A DNA stretch of 64,000 bases from SAR86 cluster bacterium (GTDB taxonomy: Bacteria; Pseudomonadota; Gammaproteobacteria; Magnimaribacterales; TMED112): contig QOPH01000002.1 in assembly GCA_003331635.1 (NCBI GenBank), positions 68,721 through 132,720 of the forward strand. Reading direction: 5' to 3'. How positions within the stretch are numbered: the stretch's first letter is position 1; the number at the start of each line of letters is the position of its first letter. Below the pieces are notes generated by a model. The model did no database searches, had not been told where the DNA came from, and was given only the letters and a program-made list of their open reading frames with translations. This document shows, piece after piece, positions 36,886 through 46,184 of the stretch. The translations under genes were made by a program, and so were the position numbers.

Positions 36886-37320
36886 TCAAGAGTTGATTTC
36901 CCACAGCGACTCAGGGACTTTCATCGTTTTAATCTCAAGAGCGTTTCCACTTGGGTCTCTAATAAAAAAAGTTTCTTGCTCTCTATCATCATCTTTAAAT
37001 CTTAAATAAGGTTTATCAAGGTAATTATGCTGATCGCTTCCATCAATTCTTTTTTTAACTTCATCAAAAGCATCTCTAGAAAGATGAATTCCAAAATGAG
37101 GAACACATACTTTTCCCATGTCAACATGATGTCGTTGGGTGGATTTTATTTCATCTTGATATTGAGCTTCATGTAAAGTTAGCTCATTGCCCCAAAAATT
37201 AATGTCTAGCCATTTACCATCTTCAAAATTTCCTGATTCGCATCCAAGAAAGTCACAGTAAAATAACCTTGCTTCTTCTATAGATCTTACAGCTATCGCT
37301 AAATGAAATCTTGCACTCAT
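36886..37320 (-). CDS. VOC/glyoxalase-family protein
   Basis: FHLAI, FY...LGC, VPHFG and FIRDPSGNALEIK motifs. Confidence 0.85.
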   Translation of the reverse strand: MSARFHLAIAVRSIEEARLFYCDFLGCESGNFEDGKWLDINFWGNELTLHEAQYQDEIKSTQRHHVDMGKVCVPHFGIHLSRDAFDEVKKRIDGSDQHNYLDKPYLRFKDDDREQETFFIRDPSGNALEIKTMKVPESLWEINS

Positions 37321-37322
37321 AC

Positions 37323-39074
37323 TTAATTATAGATTTCTTCTAAAGAAGTTTGTATTTTTTTTGCAATCTTTATGTTGAGACCTAACTCTTCCGATACCTC
37401 TTTAGCTGAATATTTTGTTAAATTTTCAAGAGTTACATAATTTTTATAAATCTTATCGATTGTTTTAGGTCCTATTCCATCAATATCCTGTAAAAAATGT
37501 TTAGTTAGATTTTTTCTTTTTACTGACCTAAAGTTCTTGAGAGCAAACCTATGAGCTTCATCTCTGAGATCAAGAAAAATCTTTGAAATTGAATTGTTAG
37601 TTCTAAACTCAATTCTCTTATCCTCATAGAATAGATTCTCAATACCATATTTTCTTTTTTCACCTTTTCCAACCGATACAAATTTAGCTTTTACATTTTT
37701 TAAATTTTTCTTAATGTAATTTAAATGTGTTTTGCCGCCATCGATTAGAATTAAATTCACTTCGAAATTATTTTTTAGATATTTCTTAATTCCGAACAAC
37801 AATGCCTCGAGATCTGATTCAGAATTTTTTATTGGGACTCTGAAAAATCTATACTTCGACTTATCAGGACCTGAAGAATTGAAAAATACGCAGGATACAG
37901 TTTGTATGTCTCCAGCGCCTCCACTTACGTCAAAACCTACCATACCAATATTATTAGTATCTAAATTTAAGTTATTTTTCATAAACTCCATCGAAGATTC
38001 GTATTTTAGACCTCTCTGCAACCTCAAACTTAGCAGATTTCGGGCATTTCTATTTGCCATTTCAGCCCACTTAACTTTTTTACCACCAGAAGGCTTAGTA
38101 AAGGTTATGTGTGGAAAAAATGGAGAATTAATTTCTTCTCCTGCAAAAACAATCTCTTTTATTTGTGGGTTTGCAAGAACTAAACGACTTATAAATTCCT
38201 CAATAATTTCTTTAGAATTTTTTTCGAGTTTGTTTTTAAATGAGTATTTTTTAATATTTGAAAAGGAGTTTTTTATCACATCTATTACAACAAACGAAAC
38301 CTCATCACCTTCACAGGCCATGCCTATCACTTTTATTTGATCACCACCAGAAAAAATAATTTGGGTTTCCTCAACTCTTTTTAGCGCTTCAATTTTCCTT
38401 TTAATTTCTCCAGCTTTCTCGAAATTTTCTATTTGTGAGTAAAAGTTCATTTCAGATCTTAACTTTGAAATAATCTTTGAAAAATTTCCTTTAAGTGCTT
38501 CTTTTGCACCAAAAACATCTTGTTCATAATCTCGTTTCTCTATCAAACCAACACAAGGGCCTGAACATTTTCCAATTTGATATTGAAGACATGCCCTAGA
38601 TCTATTGGAGAAAAATACATCATTACACGTTCGTAAATTAAATATTTTTTGCATTTCGCTTATAGCAAGCCTTGTAGCACTAGCACTAGTAAAAGGCCCA
38701 AAAAGATTTTTTTCAGTTTTTCTTGTTCTTTTAAAAAAAATTCCAGGAAAATCATGTTTTTCAGAGAGCTCTATATAGGGAAATGTTTTATCGTCCCTCA
38801 AAAGTATATTAAAAGGAGGTTGTTCAGTTTTTATTAAATTTTGTTCAAGTAATAATGCTTCTGTCTCATTATTAGTTTCAATAAAATCCATACCAGTAAT
38901 CTGGTTTACAAGCTTTTGTGTTTTAAATTCTTTGATTGATTTTCCAAAGTAAGTTTTTACCCTTTTTTTAAGTGATTTTGCTTTACCTATATACAGAGTC
39001 TTCTTATTTTTAAAAAATCTATAGACGCCTGGGGAGTCAGGGAATTCAGATGCTTTTTGATTTAAAACATTCAC
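37323..39074 (-). CDS. uvrC: Excinuclease ABC subunit C
   Basis: GIY-YIG (GVYRF..LYIGKAK), N..LRDDK.FPY, Cys cluster, IDGG, RDEAHRFA and HhH (GIGPK). Confidence 0.95.
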   Translation of the reverse strand: MNVLNQKASEFPDSPGVYRFFKNKKTLYIGKAKSLKKRVKTYFGKSIKEFKTQKLVNQITGMDFIETNNETEALLLEQNLIKTEQPPFNILLRDDKTFPYIELSEKHDFPGIFFKRTRKTEKNLFGPFTSASATRLAISEMQKIFNLRTCNDVFFSNRSRACLQYQIGKCSGPCVGLIEKRDYEQDVFGAKEALKGNFSKIISKLRSEMNFYSQIENFEKAGEIKRKIEALKRVEETQIIFSGGDQIKVIGMACEGDEVSFVVIDVIKNSFSNIKKYSFKNKLEKNSKEIIEEFISRLVLANPQIKEIVFAGEEINSPFFPHITFTKPSGGKKVKWAEMANRNARNLLSLRLQRGLKYESSMEFMKNNLNLDTNNIGMVGFDVSGGAGDIQTVSCVFFNSSGPDKSKYRFFRVPIKNSESDLEALLFGIKKYLKNNFEVNLILIDGGKTHLNYIKKNLKNVKAKFVSVGKGEKRKYGIENLFYEDKRIEFRTNNSISKIFLDLRDEAHRFALKNFRSVKRKNLTKHFLQDIDGIGPKTIDKIYKNYVTLENLTKYSAKEVSEELGLNIKIAKKIQTSLEEIYN

Positions 39075-40336
39075 TATAAAAACTTCTTAGTATTTTTTTT
39101 GCCAAGTTCAACTCCAAACTGATCAAAAGCATTTGTACTATATTGAATGCTGTTAAAAATCGATTTATTTTCCCAAAGAGCGAACAGTTGTCCAATGCAG
39201 TAAGGTGTTAAATCATCTAATTCAACTACTGTTACTGGCTGTTTTCTTGTCGATAAATGTGGATTTTCTACGTTATTAGAAATTTCTATCTCTGGATTTC
39301 TTAATGAATGAACTTGGGCTTTCATTTGTTTATAGTTTAGATTATCTGTTTTTTCTGCTATGAAGTAAGTATTAATATATTCAGAGCCTTGAAAAAGACT
39401 TTGAAAAAACGAATGCTGGCATTTTGGTCCATATCCACCAAATAATAAATAAGTGTTATTTTTTACCAACTCATTATTAATATTGAAAGATTTTCCATTA
39501 GACTCCATCTCTATTTGCTGAGCAAATTCAAAAAAGTTTCTTAACTTGAAATCATAATTTAAAACTACAATGGAATTAGAAGATTTTCTAATGAGAACAT
39601 CACTAATGCTTAACAATAAAGCAGGATTATTCTCATTATCTAGACAAATTTTATCCATTTTTAAACCGCCATCTAAAAATGAATTGAAACCCTCCTTCCC
39701 AATTAAAATTGGTAATACTATATTTACTGGACTCCATGCTGAAAATCTTCCACCTGTATCATTATTGAGTTTCAAAATATTATTTTTAGGAATACCGAAA
39801 TTAGTAGCTGCACTCATATTAGATGTAATTGCAAACGTATTTTTTAATACTCTTTTTCCACATACCTTGTTGTATGAGTCTAAAGTTTCTAATGTTGAAA
39901 AAGATTTTGAAGCAATTACTGCTATATCACTGTCTGAAACTTTAATACTTTCAAATTCTTCAGGGTCACTACCAGTAATAAAATGAAATTTATTATTACC
40001 TTTATCTTTATAAAGATCATAAAAAATTTTTGGTGCTATATTTGATCCACCAATTCCAAAAAAATAAACATTTGCCTCAGAATTACGAATATCCTCAGCA
40101 AAATTTAATAATTCAGCATGATGTTTTAGGAACTCCTCTTCGGTTCGCTTCTTATAATTAAAATGTGATGCGGCTTTATTTTCAGTAAAATTACAAATGG
40201 AGCCATCATATATTTCATTAAATTTTTTGACTAATGAACTATCATTAAAAGTCGAATTTTCCTCAAGATTAAATTCAATTTCAATATTTTCAAATTTACC
40301 TTTTTTGAATTTATTTGAATTTTTTAAGATACTCAT
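39074..40336 (-). CDS. pgi: Glucose-6-phosphate isomerase, short form
   Basis: GIGGS, SKSFSTLET, GGRFS, QQIEMESNGKS, QHSFFQ and FDQFGVELGK motifs; 420 aa. Confidence 0.9.
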   Translation of the reverse strand: MSILKNSNKFKKGKFENIEIEFNLEENSTFNDSSLVKKFNEIYDGSICNFTENKAASHFNYKKRTEEEFLKHHAELLNFAEDIRNSEANVYFFGIGGSNIAPKIFYDLYKDKGNNKFHFITGSDPEEFESIKVSDSDIAVIASKSFSTLETLDSYNKVCGKRVLKNTFAITSNMSAATNFGIPKNNILKLNNDTGGRFSAWSPVNIVLPILIGKEGFNSFLDGGLKMDKICLDNENNPALLLSISDVLIRKSSNSIVVLNYDFKLRNFFEFAQQIEMESNGKSFNINNELVKNNTYLLFGGYGPKCQHSFFQSLFQGSEYINTYFIAEKTDNLNYKQMKAQVHSLRNPEIEISNNVENPHLSTRKQPVTVVELDDLTPYCIGQLFALWENKSIFNSIQYSTNAFDQFGVELGKKNTKKFL

Positions 40337-40986
40337 AAATATTTTTTATATTCTTCTGATGGATTTTCAGAATTGATTATTGGCCTTCCAACAACTATAA
40401 AATCTGCACCGTTCGCATATGCTGCTTTAGATGACATTATTCTTTTTTGATCATCTGAAACATCATCATTTCTTATTCCAGGAACAACTTTAATAAGGTT
40501 ATTATCAGTAATTTTAGCAAGCTCATGAGAGCTACATACTATTCCATGCGTTTTTGTATCTGTTATAACTTTGAGAAGCATTTCGAATTGTTTTTCAAAA
40601 TCATTGTCATACAGTCTTGAAACATCACGCCTATCTAAACTTGTTAAAAGGCTCACAGCAAGGATCTTTATATCATTTGACTGGTCGAGAGCTGCATTTA
40701 TCATTTCAACTCCTCCTTGGGAATGAATTGTGGTCATTTTTATATTAAATTTCTGAATTTCTTTAATCGATTTAGCGACTGTATTTGGAATATCATGTAG
40801 TTTTAAATCCAAAAAAATTTCAAAACCTTGCTCGCTTAAATAGTCTAGAACTTCTTTTCCGTGTGCAATATATAACTGAAGACCTACTTTCATTAAGCAT
40901 AATTTTGGATCAAAAAAAGCACTTAGTTTCTTAACAAGATTTAAGTCATCTGTATCTAGAGCAATTATCAGCCTTTTAGAAATCAT
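40333..40986 (-). CDS. pyrF: Orotidine-5'-phosphate decarboxylase
   Basis: IIALD, KVG, FLDLKLHDIPNT, PGIR, DDQKR and VVGRPI motifs. Confidence 0.96.
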   Translation of the reverse strand: MISKRLIIALDTDDLNLVKKLSAFFDPKLCLMKVGLQLYIAHGKEVLDYLSEQGFEIFLDLKLHDIPNTVAKSIKEIQKFNIKMTTIHSQGGVEMINAALDQSNDIKILAVSLLTSLDRRDVSRLYDNDFEKQFEMLLKVITDTKTHGIVCSSHELAKITDNNLIKVVPGIRNDDVSDDQKRIMSSKAAYANGADFIVVGRPIINSENPSEEYKKYL

Positions 40987-41019
40987 AAGAAAAATTGTAT
41001 TTTAAAGAGTCTTTGAAAT

Positions 41020-42333
41020 CTAGGAAAGAAGAGTTAATGAAATTCTCTCCCTCTCTGAGTCCATCCCACTAATAGAGACATTTATAGCTTGCCCCTCTTT
41101 ATAGACTTCTTCTATTGATTGAGTGCCTGTATCGATTTCAGAGTGGTGAATAAGGCCATCTATTCCTCCCTCAAGATCAACGAATATTCCAAAATCTGTG
41201 ACCGACTTAATCTTTAACCCTTCTAAAACATCACCATTATTATGTTTATCCTCAAAGGCTTTCCATGGATTTTCGGAAGTATGTTTTTTACTCAAAGATA
41301 TCTTTTTTTCTTCCATATCAATTTCCATAATTTTTACTTCAATCTTATCGCCTTTATTTAATATAGAAGACGGGTCAATATTTTTATTTTTCCAATCTAA
41401 GTCTGTAATATGTACTAACCCCTCAATGTGTTCTTCAAGTTTTACAAAACAACCATAATCAGTGGTCAATGTTACCTCTCCTTCAATGACTTGCCCTACA
41501 TGATATTTTGTTTCAAGTTCTTTCCATGGGTCTTCTGTAAGTTGTTTCAAACCTAGAGAAACTCTCATTTTTTCTTTATCGAATGACAAGACCAAAAATT
41601 CCATTTTCTCACCAACTTTCAAAACGTCTTTTGGTTGAGCGACACGCTTCCACGACAAATCAGTAATATGTAAAAGACCATCCATGCCACCTAAATCTAC
41701 GAATGCTCCATAGTCAGTTAGATTCTTAACTGTTCCTTCAATTTTTTCTCCCTCTTTTATAACCTTAAGGAGCCTTTCTCTTTCTTCAGAATTTTGCTCT
41801 TGTAGAACTGCTTTTCTTGAAAGAACAATATTTGTTCTTTTCTTTTCAAACTTCATCACTTTAAATTCAAGAGTTTGTCCGGTTAAATCTGGATAGTCCT
41901 TACCACCTTTTGGATCTATAAGAGATCCTGGTAAAAAGGCTTTTATTAAATCAACAAAGACAGTAAAACCACCTTTCACTTTATTGGTGACCTTTGCCTC
42001 AACATATTCACCATCACTATGAGCTTTCTCAATCTTGTCCCAGGTTTCTTGTTTTCGTGCCTTTTCACGTGAAAGCCTAATTTCTCCGAATCCATCATCA
42101 AGTGCATCAAGAATGACTTCTGTTTCATCTCCTACTTCTATTTCGATACCATTTTTGTGATCTTCAAATTCTTCCAGTGGAACAAGCCCATCAGATTTAA
42201 AACCTACATCAAGTGTTACCCATTTTTTTCCAATTTCTAAAACGCTTGCTTTCACAAGTGAACCCTGGACTAAATTGAACTCGCTAAAACTCTTATCAAT
42301 TAAATCTTTTAAAACTTTTTCAGTATCTTTCAT
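41020..42333 (-). CDS. rpsA: 30S ribosomal protein S1 (five S1 repeats)
   Basis: KSDG, AFLPGS, DYGAFVDLGG.DGLLHITDLSW and EGLVH repeats; downstream of cmk. Confidence 0.95.
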   Translation of the reverse strand: MKDTEKVLKDLIDKSFSEFNLVQGSLVKASVLEIGKKWVTLDVGFKSDGLVPLEEFEDHKNGIEIEVGDETEVILDALDDGFGEIRLSREKARKQETWDKIEKAHSDGEYVEAKVTNKVKGGFTVFVDLIKAFLPGSLIDPKGGKDYPDLTGQTLEFKVMKFEKKRTNIVLSRKAVLQEQNSEERERLLKVIKEGEKIEGTVKNLTDYGAFVDLGGMDGLLHITDLSWKRVAQPKDVLKVGEKMEFLVLSFDKEKMRVSLGLKQLTEDPWKELETKYHVGQVIEGEVTLTTDYGCFVKLEEHIEGLVHITDLDWKNKNIDPSSILNKGDKIEVKIMEIDMEEKKISLSKKHTSENPWKAFEDKHNNGDVLEGLKIKSVTDFGIFVDLEGGIDGLIHHSEIDTGTQSIEEVYKEGQAINVSISGMDSERERISLTLLS

Positions 42334-42961
42334 TTATTAATTCTTGTATAACTTCTAAGGTTTCCTCAACGCTTTTGGAAGTGTTATCAATGAGAAGGGA
42401 ATCTTCTGATTCTCTTAAAGGTGAAACTTCTCGATTACTATCTTTAAAGTCTCTTGCCTCAATCTCACTTTTAAGTTTTGAGATATTAACCTTTTGTCCT
42501 GCATTTCTCAACTGATTTGCCCTTCTATTAACTCTTTCATTAATATTTGCGGTAAGAAAAATTTTTACTTTTGAATCTGGAAAAACTCTAGTAGACATAT
42601 CTCTACCCTCAGCAACAAGACCAGGTTCCTTAAGATAAGATTTTTGTATTTGTAACAAACGCTCCCTCACATCAATTTTTTGAGATAATTCAGATGATAG
42701 AGTAGTTATATCAGGACCTCTTATAATATTTGTAATTTTATTTCCATTGAAGGTAATTTCTTCAAAATCTTCGTCATAGGAATGTTCGATATTAATAATT
42801 TCCTCTTCTATATTCTTAAAACCTTCAGAGAATAAGTAAGCGAAACATCTATATATGAGACCACTATCAAGATAATTCCATTTCTTTTTTATAGCTAAAG
42901 CTTTTGAAAGTGCTCCTTTACCTGAACCTGATGGACCATCTATTGTTACTATTGGTACCAT
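42320..42961 (-). CDS. cmk: Cytidylate kinase
   Basis: IDGPSGSGKG, DSG.IYR, EGRD and RD..D..R..SPL motifs. Confidence 0.95.
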   Translation of the reverse strand: MVPIVTIDGPSGSGKGALSKALAIKKKWNYLDSGLIYRCFAYLFSEGFKNIEEEIINIEHSYDEDFEEITFNGNKITNIIRGPDITTLSSELSQKIDVRERLLQIQKSYLKEPGLVAEGRDMSTRVFPDSKVKIFLTANINERVNRRANQLRNAGQKVNISKLKSEIEARDFKDSNREVSPLRESEDSLLIDNTSKSVEETLEVIQELINERY

Positions 42962-44130
42962 TTTTTTAATAATTCAAAAAAATTTGGGAAAGAAGTTTTT
43001 ACACATCTTTTATCATCAATGTATATTTTTTTCTTATCTTTAAGAGAGGCTATCATAAAGCTCATTGCAATTCTGTGATCTCCTTGAGTCTCGATTTCAA
43101 CAGGGCTATTACTTTCATTCAACTCAGGAATTATATCAAATCCGTCATCATACTCATTGATGGTTGTGTTTGGATTAAATTTTTTAATGTTTGATAACAA
43201 TAGACTTATTCTATCCGATTCTTTGTGCCTTAGTTCTTTAGCATCTCTTATCGTTGTTTTTCCTGTTGCAAACATAGCTAGCACGCCAATAAGAGGAATC
43301 TCATCAATTAGATTTGGTATTTTGTCTCCATAAATTTCAACACCCTTAAGCTTTTGCTCACAATTAACCATAATATCAGCTCTAGGTTCATTTGATTTTG
43401 TCGATTTATTTTTTAAAGAGACTGTTGCTCCCATTTCTTCAAGTATATTCAAAAAGGCTATCCTAGTTGGATTGACGCCTACATTTTCTAAGATTATTGA
43501 TTTGTTTGTAAGCAGATTAGCTGTCAGTAGATACGCTGCTGAAGAAAAATCTGTTGGGATATCAATGAATTTCTTTTGAATTTTTTTTCTACCATCAAAA
43601 ATTATTTTATTTTCTTTCCTCGTAATATCAGCTCCGCATTCTTCAAGAATTCTTTCTGTATGGTCTCTTGAAGGAATTATCTCTGTAATTTCAATTTTTG
43701 ATTGAGAGGTTAAAGCTGCCAGCAACATGCATGATTTAATCTGTGCGCTTGGGATATTTAAAGTGAATTCAAAATTATCCTTCAAGGAAGACTTAGAAAT
43801 ATCAATTGGTGCATACCTATCTGCACGCAATTTAATGTTTGCTCCCATACTATTAAGAGGACCTACTATTCTATCCATAGGTCTTGATGAAAGTGAGGTA
43901 TCGCCCTTTAAAATACATTCCTTGCCTGTTCCTGCTATGTATCCAGTTAACAATCTCATTCCCGTACCAGAATTTCCAAGATCTAAGACTATTTTTTCAT
44001 CACTCTCTGAAAATTCCTTTGCAGCTTTCAAAGTGCCCTTTATGTCCTCGCCAATTGTATCTTTATTAAAATCTAGACCTAGGATTGCACATCTCTGTGC
44101 TATTGATTTATCTACAGGTAACTCAATCAC
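42949..44130 (-). CDS. aroA: EPSP synthase
   Basis: DKSIAQR, GNSGTGMRL, GD.SLSSRPM, SAQIKS, RDHTE, ELRHKESDR and DHRIAM motifs. Confidence 0.95.
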   Translation of the reverse strand: MIELPVDKSIAQRCAILGLDFNKDTIGEDIKGTLKAAKEFSESDEKIVLDLGNSGTGMRLLTGYIAGTGKECILKGDTSLSSRPMDRIVGPLNSMGANIKLRADRYAPIDISKSSLKDNFEFTLNIPSAQIKSCMLLAALTSQSKIEITEIIPSRDHTERILEECGADITRKENKIIFDGRKKIQKKFIDIPTDFSSAAYLLTANLLTNKSIILENVGVNPTRIAFLNILEEMGATVSLKNKSTKSNEPRADIMVNCEQKLKGVEIYGDKIPNLIDEIPLIGVLAMFATGKTTIRDAKELRHKESDRISLLLSNIKKFNPNTTINEYDDGFDIIPELNESNSPVEIETQGDHRIAMSFMIASLKDKKKIYIDDKRCVKTSFPNFFELLKKWYQ

Positions 44131-44849
44131 TTCAAATATTTATTTACTTTTTCCACTAAGAAATCCAGATTTTCTTTATTGTCTGAAAAGATTTCATCCC
44201 ACAAATTTTTATCTGATTCTGATAAGCGTAATATTTCTTTTAGACTGTCCCCAGATAAACGTTTGTAATCAATTTTTTCTTCCTCAAGAATTTTTTTATA
44301 GATAAAGCTGAAATAATGGGGGAAATGACTTAAAAATGCGTATATTTTATTATGCTCATCTATATCCATGTATGTGACTTTTGCTCCAATTGAATTCCAG
44401 AATAATTCGATTTTATCTGATAAAAATTTATTAGGATTTGATATGACTATTACTTCTTTATTTTTAAAAAGTTTACCATCTGAGTATTGAGGACCTGTAT
44501 TATGACTTCCACAAATTGGGTGAGAAGAAATAAAATTTTCTGGCATATTATATTTTTTTAAAAAGTTCTTTGAACTTGAAATTTCTGTAATTATTGAACT
44601 TGGGTATTTTTTTGAAACCTCTTTAATCTTATCAGGAACTGATTTTTGTCGTGAACAAATAATAATCAAATCAAACTCTCTATCTCCTACTTCATCAAGA
44701 GAGCTATATATATTTTTATAAATATCTCGTTCTTTTAAGAAATCTTTAAATGGCGAGTACTCCTCAACACAAAGGGTGTTTCTATTCCCTACAGCTAAAG
44801 CAATCGAGGTGCCCATAAATCCTGAGCCAATGATTAAAATATTTTTCAT
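44127..44849 (-). CDS. tyrA: Prephenate/arogenate dehydrogenase
   Basis: IGSGFMGTS, SSK, HPICGS and H...A.LSHFPH motifs; position before aroA. Confidence 0.85.
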   Translation of the reverse strand: MKNILIIGSGFMGTSIALAVGNRNTLCVEEYSPFKDFLKERDIYKNIYSSLDEVGDREFDLIIICSRQKSVPDKIKEVSKKYPSSIITEISSSKNFLKKYNMPENFISSHPICGSHNTGPQYSDGKLFKNKEVIVISNPNKFLSDKIELFWNSIGAKVTYMDIDEHNKIYAFLSHFPHYFSFIYKKILEEEKIDYKRLSGDSLKEILRLSESDKNLWDEIFSDNKENLDFLVEKVNKYLK

Positions 44850-45109
44850 TTCTCTTGGTGTTTTAAGGAGGTTTTTAAAATTATATTAAAAACAGCTTTT
44901 AAATCCTCAACTGGATAATTGGTTTTAAGTAATGCTAATTTTTCCATTATTTGATCATGTCTTTCCTGATCAAAAAAATCTCTACTATTATTTTTTTTGA
45001 ATTTTCCTATCTCAGCGGAAATTAACAACCTAGATTCCAATAAGCTCACAATTTCCATATCAATAGAATCTATTTCCTCTCTCAGTAATGCTAAATCAGT
45101 TTCATCCAT
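44846..45109 (-). CDS. Stand-alone AroQ chorismate mutase
   Basis: L..LREEIDSIDMEIVSLL..R......IG..K.......D.ER; ATG at 45109. Confidence 0.85.
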   Translation of the reverse strand: MDETDLALLREEIDSIDMEIVSLLESRLLISAEIGKFKKNNSRDFFDQERHDQIMEKLALLKTNYPVEDLKAVFNIILKTSLKHQEK

Positions 45110-46184
45110 ATTTTTTTTCAAAATCAATCATATACTGCCCTAAGCGCTCAACATGCTCAAACTCAAGAGGATTATATATACTTGCTCTCATTCCACCAAC
45201 ACTTCTGTGACCTTTGAGATAAAACAAACCATTTTCTTCAGCGCCTGATAAGAATTTGCTCTCCAGTTCATCATTTTGAAGTGTGAAAATAACATTACAA
45301 ATTGACCTCTGCTCTTTGTATACAGGATTTATATAAAAATCAGAATTATCAATTATTTGATATAGATGATTTGTTTTTTTTATACTATTTTTTTCCATTT
45401 CTCTTACGCCACCATTTTTCTTGTACCAGCTAAATATTTTACCAGCCACGTACCAACCAAAAGTATTTGGGGTATTTAACATTGAATTTTCTTTTGCATG
45501 AGCATCATATTTAAGAATATTTGGAAGGTCTTTATTTGATTTTTCTAGCAATTCTCTCTTTAAGATAATTAATGTGATTCCAGATGGCCCAAAATTTTTT
45601 TGCGCACATGCATATATAAAATCATATTTTTTAATATCTATAGTTTCTGAAAAAAGGCATGATGACATATCAACAAAGAGTGGATAATTAGTCTCTATAT
45701 CATGATTTACCCTTACTCCTTGTATGGTCTCATTTTTACAATAATGAACAATTGAAGTATCTTGAACTATATTCCATTCATCGAAATTTTCTATCTTTGT
45801 GAAATTATTATCTTTTGATGAGGTGCATACATTCACCTCACAAATATTACTTGCTTCCTTAATGGCTTTTGATGACCATGATCCAATTTCAGCGAAGTTT
45901 GCCACTTTTCCAAGATATGAAAAATTTAAAGGAATCATTGAAAACTGCAAAGTGGCACCACCTTGAAGAAAAATCACCTCATAATCGTTCGGTACATTAA
46001 GCAATTCTATAACATCAATTTTTGCTTGGTTTGCGATATCAACGAAAGTTTTATCTCTGTGACTGATTTCAATAATTGATGAACCAATATTTTTATAATT
46101 TAGCAATTCATCTTTAACTTCTTGTAAAACTTCTTGTGGAATTGCTGCTGGTCCAGCACTGAAATTTGCAATCTTACTCTTCAT
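45102..46184 (-). CDS. serC: Phosphoserine aminotransferase
   Basis: [34 protein letters not shown] and [13 protein letters not shown] motifs. Confidence 0.96.
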   Translation of the reverse strand: MKSKIANFSAGPAAIPQEVLQEVKDELLNYKNIGSSIIEISHRDKTFVDIANQAKIDVIELLNVPNDYEVIFLQGGATLQFSMIPLNFSYLGKVANFAEIGSWSSKAIKEASNICEVNVCTSSKDNNFTKIENFDEWNIVQDTSIVHYCKNETIQGVRVNHDIETNYPLFVDMSSCLFSETIDIKKYDFIYACAQKNFGPSGITLIILKRELLEKSNKDLPNILKYDAHAKENSMLNTPNTFGWYVAGKIFSWYKKNGGVREMEKNSIKKTNHLYQIIDNSDFYINPVYKEQRSICNVIFTLQNDELESKFLSGAEENGLFYLKGHRSVGGMRASIYNPLEFEHVERLGQYMIDFEKKYG

